Shown here piece after piece: positions 1-9,788 of a stretch of DNA of 64,000 nt (position 1 is its first letter; every line of letters starts with the position of its first letter). This DNA is from a virus. A model generated the notes under the pieces. That model saw only the letters and a list, made by a program, of their open reading frames with translations, did not search any database and was not told the origin of the DNA. The translations under genes and the position numbers were made by a program. Location: the IMG/VR virus record IMGVR_UViG_3300042382_000102, positions 1-64,000 of that record. One strand, written 5' to 3'.

Positions 1-2150
1 CTTAAGGCTGAAGCAGCACTTGTCGAAGCTGAGTTAGCACTTGTTAAAGCATTTGCCTCAGAAATATCTGCATTTGCTTCGCTAGTTGCAGCGGCATTTT
101 TAGATGCCAAAGCATTTTGTTCGCTTGTCAAAGCATTGCTAGCACTTGTTCCAGCACTAGAGGCACTATTAGCCGCAGCCACTTTAGATGCATCAGCATT
201 ATTGGCACTTGTTAAAGCATTAGTAGCACTTAAAGCAGCAGCATTCTTAGAACCTAAAGCATCCGCAGCACTATTAGCTGCATTTGTTTCAGATAAACCA
301 ATATTAGCTAATGATGTAGCTGCTTGAGTAGCACTTGAGGCTGCATTAGTTGCACTAGTAGAAGCTTGAGACGCACTTGTAGCAGCAGCAGAAGCATTAG
401 TTGTTGTTTCTAACGCATAATGTTTAGCTGAATAATTTGTACCATCAACAGTACCACCTGTTTTAGAAGCCCAATCTAAAGCTAAAGCTTCACTAATATC
501 AGCATTATTAGCACTTGTTAGAGCATTAGCTTCACTTGTAGCAGCATTTATTTCAGATACACTAGCTGCAGTAGCACTCTGTCCTGCATTGTTAGCAGAA
601 GCTACAACACTAGATAAGTAAGTAGCAGCATTTGTTGCACTAGTAGAAGCACTCTGAGCTGAAATATTAGCATCCGAAGCTTTTGAGGAAGCAATATCGG
701 CACTAGTTGCAGCAGCATTCTTATAGTTTAAAGCATAGTTTTCAGATGCACTAGAGTTAGTCTCAGATGTAGCTGCAGCATTTTTAGATGCTAAAGCACT
801 GGTAGCGCTTTGTGAGGCACTTAAAGCAGAGGTAGCAGCTTCAGTGGCCTTAGTAATTGCTGTAGTAGCATAACTTTGAGAAGTAGCGCTTGAAGAAGCA
901 GCTTGTGAAGCACTTAAAGCAGCATTCTGTGAAGCTGTTTGTGCTGTCTCATCATAAAATTGCCACCCAGTAGATGTATAAACTTTTAATTTATTTTGAA
1001 CAGTGTTGAAATATTCAGCACCAATCATTACAGGATCACCATTACCATCTAAGGTAGGATCCGCATTCAGTTCACCTAAATAAGTACTTCTAAAAGAAGC
1101 AAGACTAGCTTGTGCGGCAGCTTGAGATGCGGCAGCATTTGCAGCACTTTGGGCAGCTTCGTTAGCTTTAGTAGATGCAATACTTGATTGAAGTGTCGCA
1201 GTACTAGCACTAGTAGCTGCACTAGTAGCACTTGTAGATGCCTCGCTAGCCTTTGTAGTTGCAGTAGATGCGCTTGTAAAGGCCTCATCTGCTTTTGTAG
1301 TTGCAGTTGTAGCACTTATAGCAGAAGCATTTTTAGAAGCTAGTGCATCAGCTTGACTTAATGCAGCGGCATTTTTACTGGCTTCAGCATTAGTAGCACT
1401 TAGATCAGCTAAGTCAGCACTATAGTCAGAGGCTACAGCACTAGCTGCAGAGGCAATTGCACTTTGGGCAGATTGTGTAGCGCTAGTACTAGCATTAGTT
1501 TGACTATTAGCTGCATTGTTAGCACTTGTTAAAGCATTTGCAGCACTATTGGTAGCCGAAGTAGCTTGAGTAGTAGCAATTACAGCTTTAGCATCTGCAG
1601 TAGTAGCTGATGTTTGAGCAGCATTCCTGTAAAGTAAGGCATTGGCCTCAGAACTAGCTGCAGCATCTTCGCTAGCAGAAGCATCAGCAGCAGCTAACTG
1701 TGAATCAGTAGCACTATCCTCAGACAAGTCTGCAGAGACACTAGCTTGTGCAGCACTTATAGCTGCATTTGTAGCACTCTGAGAAGCAGCATTAGCTTGG
1801 GCTGTAGAATTAACTACACTCTGAGCGGCAGCTTGGGCACTGCCACTTGCTAGGTTAGCACTTGTAGATGCGGCAGTAGCAGATAAAGCAGCTTGAGTTG
1901 CACTGGCAGCTGCAGCAGTTACTTTTTGAGCTAGTGTAGAAAGTTCATCAGCGAACTGTTGTGCAGTTCCTGTGTAACCATTTTGTACGGCAATCTCATA
2001 AGCACTAAAACCTTGTGCTCCTTGACCACCAGTACGAGACAATGATAAAATATAGTCTACTGTCTGTACTGTTAAAATGTTGTTTTGTGTAGTTACTCCA
2101 AGTTCAATAGAGCCAGGATTTACAACTACTTCATAATTTTGCGTAGCCAT
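1..2150 (-). CDS. Long Ala/Ser/Thr-rich coiled-coil tail fibre (partial, runs off left edge; absent from ORF track)
   Basis: Manually translated from ATG at 2150: MATQNYEVVVNPGSIELG...SAYEIAVQNGYTGT..., open to the window edge (~716 codons). Heptad-like repeats (ALTSANNA, ASKNAAATSE) plus fibre-type motifs YLGELNADPTLDGNGD...YFNT and WASKTGGTVDGTNYSAKHYA. Confidence 0.8.
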   Translation of the reverse strand, partial: MATQNYEVVVNPGSIELGVTTQNNILTVQTVDYILSLSRTGGQGAQGFSAYEIAVQNGYTGTAQQFADELSTLAQKVTAAAASATQAALSATAASTSANLASGSAQAAAQSVVNSTAQANAASQSATNAAISAAQASVSADLSEDSATDSQLAAADASASEDAAASSEANALLYRNAAQTSATTADAKAVIATTQATSATNSAANALTSANNAANSQTNASTSATQSAQSAIASAASAVASDYSADLADLSATNAEASKNAAALSQADALASKNASAISATTATTKADEAFTSASTATTKASEASTSATSAATSASTATLQSSIASTKANEAAQSAANAAASQAAAQASLASFRSTYLGELNADPTLDGNGDPVMIGAEYFNTVQNKLKVYTSTGWQFYDETAQTASQNAALSASQAASSSATSQSYATTAITKATEAATSALSASQSATSALASKNAAATSETNSSASENYALNYKNAAATSADIASSKASDANISAQSASTSATNAATYLSSVVASANNAGQSATAASVSEINAATSEANALTSANNADISEALALDWASKTGGTVDGTNYSAKHYALETTTNASAAATSASQASTSATNAASSATQAATSLANIGLSETNAANSAADALGSKNAAALSATNALTSANNADASKVAAANSASSAGTSASNALTSEQNALASKNAAATSEANADISEANALTSANSASTSAASAL

Positions 2151-2151
2151 A

Positions 2152-2589
2152 TTATAGCTCCGTTGGAGAGTATCTTACTTCAACTAAGCCTCTAAATGGT
2201 TTCCATACTTGTTTGCGACTACCTATACCTGTATCTCTGATCTCAAGATCAATATAGCCATATACAGGTTTGTTAGGGGATGGTTGTGGAGACCACCCTG
2301 CAATCAATGTTTCTGGTAACACCATAATAAATTGATTATTAGTGTCTGTTGTATCTAGTAATGGGATATCAACAGTTACACCGCCTGGTTTTACTGTCTC
2401 TGGAATTGTTCCAGCACCATCGTTATTTGCTTCTACGACTTTACTAAAGATCTCATAATTTGAAATATTAGTAAGCCATGATAGGGTTAAATTTAAATGT
2501 ATCTGTTCACCCTTAATAACAGATACTAGTACTGCACCATCATCGGATATTAAATCCTTTGATGCAGACGTAATTTTACTTCGTGCCAT
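2152..2589 (-). CDS. Putative virion/baseplate-associated protein
   Basis: 145-aa beta-rich ORF directly upstream of the tail fibre; AG-rich RBS; function inferred from position only. Confidence 0.5.
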   Translation of the reverse strand: MARSKITSASKDLISDDGAVLVSVIKGEQIHLNLTLSWLTNISNYEIFSKVVEANNDGAGTIPETVKPGGVTVDIPLLDTTDTNNQFIMVLPETLIAGWSPQPSPNKPVYGYIDLEIRDTGIGSRKQVWKPFRGLVEVRYSPTEL

Positions 2590-2633
2590 TTTCTTCCTTT
2601 CTCGATCCTCAGATGGAGCTTAGGTTAATGAAA

Positions 2634-3077
2634 TCACAATTTTTTAATTGCAATGTATCCTCTTCTTTCCCAACCATACCTTTCAAGTATTTTGGTAAAG
2701 GTATTGTCCTCGTCAAAATGACTTCCTGTGGACATAACTAGTTTAATGTCTAGTCTTTTTGCTTCTTCTATTAGTTCCTGATGTAGAAACTTTATAACCC
2801 TTGCAGCAGATATCCCTGTTTGATTTGAACAGAAATATGACTGTTGTAATATTTTTTCTTTTGTATGTAGATTTAATCCAGGAATAGCGTATATCCATCC
2901 TATGATCTTATCCTCTTTTACTGCCATTCTAACAAATTTATTTCTTCTAACTAAATTACTTAAGTTATCATAAGCTAATTGTTTATCTGCAGGGATAAAG
3001 CTTTCATCATTTAATTTCAGATACATATCAACACAAAAATGGATATCTTCTAATGTTCTTGGTTTAATTGATTCCAT
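2634..3077 (-). CDS. GNAT-fold acetyltransferase-like protein
   Basis: 147 aa; pattern IKPRTLEDI...MAVKEDKIIGW...ILERYGW resembles the GNAT fold. Confidence 0.55.
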   Translation of the reverse strand: MESIKPRTLEDIHFCVDMYLKLNDESFIPADKQLAYDNLSNLVRRNKFVRMAVKEDKIIGWIYAIPGLNLHTKEKILQQSYFCSNQTGISAARVIKFLHQELIEEAKRLDIKLVMSTGSHFDEDNTFTKILERYGWERRGYIAIKKL

Positions 3078-3117
3078 TAATAATATCTTATAATAATATT
3101 ACCTAGGGAACGCCTAG

Positions 3118-3146
3118 GATCTCTCTTTAGCGTCCCCTGGTAAATG
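3118..3146 (-). promoter_or_regulatory. Putative phage RNAP promoter, copy 1 (predicted +1 G at 3125)
   Basis: Minus strand CATTTACCAGGGGACGCTAAAGAGAGATC; 29/29 identical to 25096..25124; aligns with SP6 promoter ATTTAGGKGACACTATAG; intergenic. Confidence 0.8.
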
Positions 3147-3164
3147 TAATAATTTTAACTCATT

Positions 3165-6100
3165 TTACCAACCTAAATTCAAATAAATTGTGCCACCAAT
3201 ACTACTAGAGGTAGCTCTTACATTTAATGTAGCAGCAGGTCCAGTAGCTTGATTTTGAATTAAACTTGTTGATTTTGTAGTATAGAATGCTGGAAAACTT
3301 AATGTTTCAAATGTATTCCAAGCACCTGTACTGTTAACTCTATACTCTACAAGTACAGGTATAGCTGATCCAGTATCATTATATCTACTAAGAGATACAT
3401 CTATCCAAAAATAACTTCCCCTAGGGATAGTTGTCATGCCAACAGTTGGATAACCAACTTGCATACTAGACAATGTTATTGGGGGTAATGGAGTAGTTGA
3501 AGTATCTGCAATAGCCCAAGATATAGCATTTCCAGCTTGAATTGTTCTAGCTGCATTTGTATACCAAGTTGCTGTAGCATTTTCTGTACCTTCTGTAAAT
3601 GAATCAGCTGTCATACTAAAGCTAAAGCTGCCGCTAGGTCCAGGAAAAGTTACTGAACCTTGTAATTGATTCTCAGATGTATCACCAGCCGTAACGTTAG
3701 TTCCACTTATAGTATAATATAAAGTAATTGGAAAAGAAGGAACATTGCTAAAACTCCAAAATACAGTTAAACCAGCACCTTCATTTACTGTGCTTGGCGA
3801 ACTAGAAAAACTATATGAGGGAGGACTTAAAGAAATGTCTCCAATATCCCAACTTAAACTGTTACCTGCAGATATAGTTCTGCTAGAATCTTTGAAAAAG
3901 CTAATAGTTGCTGTTTCTGGGCCATCTGTAAAACTATCTGGCGTCATTGTAAAACTAGGGGCTCCAGTGGATGCAAAGCTGCCAGTTAAAGAGCCTGATG
4001 TAATATCACTTGCTGAAATTCCAGATATACTATAATATAAGATAGCAACACCCTGTGAAGGGTTACTTGGAGTAGCATATATTTGAACACTACTGCCTTC
4101 ATTAATAGTCCCAAAAGGTGCTCTATCAAAAGTCCAAGTAGTTTGAGATGTATCATTAATAATAAGTGTTATCTTATTATCATTAGCAACAGGTCCAAAG
4201 TTTATTTGATTTTCTAATAATCTACTAGAAGAAGTGTAAAACCTAAAGGTTAAAGTTTCTGTACCTTCTGTTAATTGATCAGCAAGAGTATTAATATATG
4301 TATAATGATCTGCACTATCTAATATGATTTGGCCATCAATACCTCCAGAGATAGCGGTTGTAACTAAATCTGTATCTGAAGTAGTAACTCCAATTCCTGT
4401 AATTCTGTAATATATAGTCTTAGGGTAAGATGTAACATTAAAACTTCTTACTCTCAAGTATGTTAAACTACCTTCATTTTCAGTAGTGCTATAGGTAGTA
4501 GTATTGGGGTATACAGAAATTTCGTAACTTGGAGGACTTATGGAAGTGTCTTCAATAATCCAGCTAAGTGAATTGCCAATAGGTACTGTCCTTCCTGAAT
4601 CAGAGTAAAAGTTAATAGTAGCTGTTTCATTACCTTCTGTTGAAGTATCAGCGGCCATTGTTAATGTTGTTCCACTTGAGGAATTAAAACTTCCAGTTAA
4701 TGAGTTAGAAGTTAAGTCTGAGGCAAGTATTCCTGAAACAGAGTAGTACACTGTTATTGCTGGTGCCAGTGCATTGCTAGGGGTAGCACTAAATGATATA
4801 AAAGTATTACTTCCAGTTTCAGCAATTGAGCCTGTACTTGGATTCTTAGTGAAGGACCAAGTAGTTTTAGAAGTATCACTTATTGTTATAGATGCGGGTG
4901 TACCTAACTGTGTAGTAAAACCAGAGTCCAAATATAAAGTAACAGTTAATATTTCATTACCTTCGGTAAATTGATCAGCTGAAACATCTACTTTATAATA
5001 AGTGAAAGGTCCTGTGAGTGCTACTGGCCCTGATGTAGCAAAATTAGTATCTGCATTTGTAATACCAGTTCCAGTAAACTTGTAATATATTGTTACAGGG
5101 TAAGTAGGTATAAAACTACTATCTATACCAATATAAGTACTAGCGCCTTCATCTACAGTTCCAGGTGGAGTAAAGAAATAAACACTATAAACTGGAGCAC
5201 TAAAAGAGCTATCATTTACATCCCATGATAATGTATTGCCAATTTGTATAGTTCTACTAGAATTAGAATAGAATGTTATTCCTACTGTTTCTAAAGCTGG
5301 ATTTTCAGTAGTATTATCTGCAGCCATTGTTATAGTTAAACCACTTGTAGAAGTAAAACTACCTAACGTCCCAGCAGGACTAAAATCGCCATCTAAGATA
5401 TTAGTACCACTTAACCAATAGTAAATAGTAGTTGGAGCTTGTGCGGGATTACTTGGAGTAGCCGTGAATGAGATAGAATTATTAGTTGTCTCATTAAAGG
5501 AACCTGTAGCTGGAATTCTAGCAAATGTCCAAGTAGTTTTAGAAGCATCATTAAGTACAATTGATACTGAATTGCCAAGTTGAACTGTTCTATTTGAATC
5601 AGAATATAGGGAGAAGGTCAATGTTTCATTACCTTCAGTATATTGATCAGCAGTAGCATTAATATTAAAAGATACTGTTGGACCTGTCACAGATACTGAA
5701 CCTAATAAAGGATCAAAATCAGTATCATCAACTGTTATACCTGTACCAGATAGTCTATAATACGCTGTAAATGGGTAATTTAATACATTAGCACTATTTA
5801 TAGTAAAAGAGAAATCTGAACCCTCATCTATTGAAGTTTGGGATACAGATAACGAGTATGAAGGAGGAGTCTTGGAAGTATCTCCAATATCCCAACTTAG
5901 TAAATTACCAATAGGTATAGTCCTATTAGAGTCTGAATAAAAAGTAATTCCTGCTGTCTCTAAATTTTCAGTAGATAAGTCTTCTCTCATATTAAGAATA
6001 AGACCTGAATTACTATTAAAACTTCCTTCTAATGATGCAGAAACTACATCCCCAGAAGTAATTCCAGTTCCATTTAACCAATAATATATTGTTGTATTTG

Positions 6101-9100
6101 GAGCTAGAATATTACTAGGAGTAGCAGTAAAGGATATTGATTGGCCTTCATCAATAGTGCCACTTGAAGGGATTCTTGCAAATGTCCAAGTAGTCTTAGA
6201 AGCGTCTCCAATATTAAAAGTAATTTGATTTCCAATAGGAGTAGTGTAACCTGAATCAGAATAGAATGTAATTGTAACTGCTTCTGTACCTTCAGTAAGT
6301 TGATCTGACTGAATTAAAAATGAAATTGTTTCTAAAGCATCAGATATACTCCAAGAGCCTTGTAGTATACCTAAACTAAAATCTTCTGTTGTAATTCCAC
6401 TACCAATAATTTTATAGTATATAGTTGTTGGATAAACAGGAACATAAGTACTACTAGCTGTTACTGTTACAGATACCCCTTCATCTACAGTAGCTGTATT
6501 TGGATCTCTTGTGAATAACCAAGAGGGAGGTGGTGTCTTAGAAGTGTCTGCAATATCCCAAGTTACTGTATTACCAACTTGGCGAGTTAATTGTGTATCA
6601 TCATAGAAGGTTAGAGTAACTGTTTCTGGATTAGTTTCTGTAAATAAATCTGGAGCCATTGTAAGGCCGATACTTTGTCCAGTAGCAGTTATATTCCAAT
6701 TAAATATCGTAGAATTAGGAGGAGAGCTAAAGTCTGAATTTGTAATGTCAGTACCAGTCATTTTACCAAATATTAACTTTGGTAATACTGCATTTGTACT
6801 AATTGTGATTATTTGATTTGATCCCTCATCTACAGAAGCATAAGATCTAGAAAACACAAATTGAGGATCCCCCATTGACCAAGATATAGAATTACCAATA
6901 GGTATTGTTCTTCCTGAGTCTGAATACATATCAAAGAATACAACTTCTCCAAATATACCTTCATAAGTATAATCTTCTACACCAGTAAACTGTAAAGTAA
7001 CTGGAGTATTATCATAGAGTATTGTTTCAGTTAATAAAGTACCACTAATAAAATCAGCACTGGTTAAATTAGCATTTCCACCAGTTATCTCTCCATAAAC
7101 AGTATAAGGATAACTTAAATAATTAGGTGTTATAGTAAGTGTTTGAGTCTGACCTTCTACAACAAACCCCTCACTTCTAGATACGGAAATAGCATCTATA
7201 ATTTGCCATTCTAGTCCTGTAATAATATCAGTACCACTAGCATCTCTATAAAAAGTTATTTGAAAAGCTTCTGTACCCTCTGAAAAGTTATCTTCTTTTA
7301 TATCAAATAATACTTGTTGATCTGTAGATGTAATATTAAATGGAAAAACAGCATTAGTTAAGAAATTAGTATCAGAATCTGATGTACCATTTCCACTAGC
7401 AATTCTATAATATATAGTATAAGGATATGCAGGTACATTAGTACTTTGAACTCTAACAACTAGGCTAGTACCCTCTCTAACTAATGCAGTAGTAGGGTTA
7501 CCTGTTATTTTAGAAAAAGACCAATTAATTGGAGTTAATGAGGTATCTACTAGTGTTACATTAAACCCTAAATCTGCTAACCTAGTTCTTGGTATTGGCA
7601 TGTCCTTATCTAAGAATATTGTAAATGCTTCATTACCTTCTGTAGTTAAATCTGCTTTAAATTTAAGAGTAAATGATCCAGATCCATTTGTAGTAGTAAC
7701 GTAATAAGTATCACCTGAAACATAATTTACTCCATTGATTTGAGCGATATCATCTTCAGATGCACCTGTAATAGATGTTAATCCAATAATTGCTCTAGTA
7801 CCAGTTGGAGCTGCCGTAGTTACATTATATGTATATTCAATACCTTCGTTAATAGTACTTGGACCTGAGATAGACCAACTATACTCTAATGAAGTATCAT
7901 TAATTAACATATCAACAAATACAGAAGGATTATCATCAATAGATAATCGAAGTTTCTTTGGACCATCTACTCTAAAATCTAGTTTAGCATTAAATGTCCT
8001 TGAAGTGCTGGGTGGGTATACATTAGCAGGTAAAGTAAATCTGTTAGAGGTTACAGTCGCACCACTACCTAGCGTAACAAGAGATACCCAATCATTACTA
8101 TCGAAGTTTTGGTCTATAGCCCCTACTGCAGTTGGTATTTGTGTTAACGTATAATTTACTATTCTAGGTGAAGTTGAAGTTTCTAATGTGGTTAGAGTAA
8201 CTGTAAAAGACTCACCTTCATTTATACTACTTACATTTGGAGTAATTTTTAAATCATAAAAACTTGAATTTTTAAGACTAAAAGATTGTGGTATCCCAAC
8301 TAATGCAGTTCCACCTACAGAGGTGATAGTCATTGTTACTGTTTCAGTTTGTTCAAAAATACTATCAGATGCAGCATATATAAAAAAGCTTGCTGTATTA
8401 TTATTAACAACAAAAGTATTTGTTAACCCATCTCCAAAATCAGATGCAGTAACTCCAGTACCAGATAGAGTATATCTTAGTTGTCCACCAGTAGGGACAT
8501 TTGTTGTAGTTACATTACATTGTATAGGGCTAACATAACCTTCTTGAGTAATAGTTGGATTAAGAGTTAATACATAGCTAGCGGCAGGGAAACCACCACC
8601 ATTATAGCCAGGGTTGTAACTTAAAGCATTAGAAAATAACGGATTATGATCTATACTTGTTGGTAATATTTGTTTTACACTACTATATCTAGTAGAGTTA
8701 TTAAAAAACCTAGAACCTGTAAATGGTAAAGTACCTGTTTTATTCTCATCTAATATTTTTGGAAACCAAGAAGTTAAATAGCTTCCATTTTGATTGTAAA
8801 AACAAAGATATTTTTCTCTTTTAAAATTTGAACTATCAATATATGTTAACTTGTTAGTTTCTAGATTTGGTAAGAAATAACAAGCGTAGTCTGTTGGTGG
8901 CACGCTATTCTGCTGATTACCATTAGGCATTACATAATAATCAAAGAATTGTGAACTTGCAGGATCTATTTTAAGGTGAGACTTAGTTGTATCAAATACA
9001 CATTGATTAGAACTATTAAATAGTCTAGCTCCATAACCTAAACCAGCAGTTGTTATTTGTCCAAGACTAAAACAATATATTTCAGGTATATCTGAAGATA

Positions 9101-9434
9101 CAGGAAGATAATCAGTATTAGCAGCAGCGTATACATAAATATTTTCATTACCACTATAAAAGGGATTTGCAACATTATAAGCTTTATTATTAATACTGTC
9201 TGGAGGTAATGAAATATAGAACACTCCATTACTTACAGTTGGTGGTGTATACGTAATCCTATACACTACATAATTACGAGTAATTCCATCAGCATGAGTA
9301 AATGAAAAACTTGGAATGTCAGAAGAAACTTCTGCACTAACAAAAGTAGCTCTTCCAGCAAACCAAGGTTTTACTAATTCATTATCTAATACTAATTCTG
9401 ATGAATCATTAAAAAATTTAAAACCATAACTCAT
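3165..9434 (-). CDS. Giant tail-associated adhesin with ~15 Calx-beta/Ig-like repeats
   Basis: 2089 aa; N-terminal YGFKFFND/YGARLFNS tail-tip accessory motifs, then ~110-aa repeats with VDEG...YY.ISG...D..TEG.E...I.DTS. Confidence 0.75.
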   Translation of the reverse strand: MSYGFKFFNDSSELVLDNELVKPWFAGRATFVSAEVSSDIPSFSFTHADGITRNYVVYRITYTPPTVSNGVFYISLPPDSINNKAYNVANPFYSGNENIYVYAAANTDYLPVSSDIPEIYCFSLGQITTAGLGYGARLFNSSNQCVFDTTKSHLKIDPASSQFFDYYVMPNGNQQNSVPPTDYACYFLPNLETNKLTYIDSSNFKREKYLCFYNQNGSYLTSWFPKILDENKTGTLPFTGSRFFNNSTRYSSVKQILPTSIDHNPLFSNALSYNPGYNGGGFPAASYVLTLNPTITQEGYVSPIQCNVTTTNVPTGGQLRYTLSGTGVTASDFGDGLTNTFVVNNNTASFFIYAASDSIFEQTETVTMTITSVGGTALVGIPQSFSLKNSSFYDLKITPNVSSINEGESFTVTLTTLETSTSPRIVNYTLTQIPTAVGAIDQNFDSNDWVSLVTLGSGATVTSNRFTLPANVYPPSTSRTFNAKLDFRVDGPKKLRLSIDDNPSVFVDMLINDTSLEYSWSISGPSTINEGIEYTYNVTTAAPTGTRAIIGLTSITGASEDDIAQINGVNYVSGDTYYVTTTNGSGSFTLKFKADLTTEGNEAFTIFLDKDMPIPRTRLADLGFNVTLVDTSLTPINWSFSKITGNPTTALVREGTSLVVRVQSTNVPAYPYTIYYRIASGNGTSDSDTNFLTNAVFPFNITSTDQQVLFDIKEDNFSEGTEAFQITFYRDASGTDIITGLEWQIIDAISVSRSEGFVVEGQTQTLTITPNYLSYPYTVYGEITGGNANLTSADFISGTLLTETILYDNTPVTLQFTGVEDYTYEGIFGEVVFFDMYSDSGRTIPIGNSISWSMGDPQFVFSRSYASVDEGSNQIITISTNAVLPKLIFGKMTGTDITNSDFSSPPNSTIFNWNITATGQSIGLTMAPDLFTETNPETVTLTFYDDTQLTRQVGNTVTWDIADTSKTPPPSWLFTRDPNTATVDEGVSVTVTASSTYVPVYPTTIYYKIIGSGITTEDFSLGILQGSWSISDALETISFLIQSDQLTEGTEAVTITFYSDSGYTTPIGNQITFNIGDASKTTWTFARIPSSGTIDEGQSISFTATPSNILAPNTTIYYWLNGTGITSGDVVSASLEGSFNSNSGLILNMREDLSTENLETAGITFYSDSNRTIPIGNLLSWDIGDTSKTPPSYSLSVSQTSIDEGSDFSFTINSANVLNYPFTAYYRLSGTGITVDDTDFDPLLGSVSVTGPTVSFNINATADQYTEGNETLTFSLYSDSNRTVQLGNSVSIVLNDASKTTWTFARIPATGSFNETTNNSISFTATPSNPAQAPTTIYYWLSGTNILDGDFSPAGTLGSFTSTSGLTITMAADNTTENPALETVGITFYSNSSRTIQIGNTLSWDVNDSSFSAPVYSVYFFTPPGTVDEGASTYIGIDSSFIPTYPVTIYYKFTGTGITNADTNFATSGPVALTGPFTYYKVDVSADQFTEGNEILTVTLYLDSGFTTQLGTPASITISDTSKTTWSFTKNPSTGSIAETGSNTFISFSATPSNALAPAITVYYSVSGILASDLTSNSLTGSFNSSSGTTLTMAADTSTEGNETATINFYSDSGRTVPIGNSLSWIIEDTSISPPSYEISVYPNTTTYSTTENEGSLTYLRVRSFNVTSYPKTIYYRITGIGVTTSDTDLVTTAISGGIDGQIILDSADHYTYINTLADQLTEGTETLTFRFYTSSSRLLENQINFGPVANDNKITLIINDTSQTTWTFDRAPFGTINEGSSVQIYATPSNPSQGVAILYYSISGISASDITSGSLTGSFASTGAPSFTMTPDSFTDGPETATISFFKDSSRTISAGNSLSWDIGDISLSPPSYSFSSSPSTVNEGAGLTVFWSFSNVPSFPITLYYTISGTNVTAGDTSENQLQGSVTFPGPSGSFSFSMTADSFTEGTENATATWYTNAARTIQAGNAISWAIADTSTTPLPPITLSSMQVGYPTVGMTTIPRGSYFWIDVSLSRYNDTGSAIPVLVEYRVNSTGAWNTFETLSFPAFYTTKSTSLIQNQATGPAATLNVRATSSSIGGTIYLNLGW

Positions 9435-9772
9435 TTTAATAGCACCAATATTTTAGTTGGCTTCTTTTCAAAACCATGTGTTGCAAGAGTAGGAGAAAAA
9501 TCTGGATTGGCTGACCAATAACTAATCTGAGGATAATCACCTATTGGCGCATATCCTTGATAGGGATCATGAACTCTATATAGGTAATCTCCAGATACCA
9601 AGGGTATAACTGTAAGTCTACGGCCTGTTTGGGTTGTATATCTAATTACAGTTGGGGATCCAGAAGTAGCCGTTGTAGATAAGTCTAGTATACCAAGAGG
9701 TATTCCCCCATAGCTACTAGAATCAAATTCTAATCCACCTGAATCATTATATGTTTGCATACCATATGCCAT
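9431..9772 (-). CDS. Small tail-tip accessory protein
   Basis: MAYGMQTYNDSGGLEFDS N-terminus typical of small genes that follow J-like tip genes; ATGA overlap with the next gene. Confidence 0.55.
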   Translation of the reverse strand: MAYGMQTYNDSGGLEFDSSSYGGIPLGILDLSTTATSGSPTVIRYTTQTGRRLTVIPLVSGDYLYRVHDPYQGYAPIGDYPQISYWSANPDFSPTLATHGFEKKPTKILVLLK

Positions 9773-9788
9773 ACTTTTCTCCTAAATT

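Noticed and set aside
136-1315. ORFs 136..327 (+) and 1076..1315 (-)
   Set aside because: Shadow frames of the low-complexity fibre gene at 1..2150.
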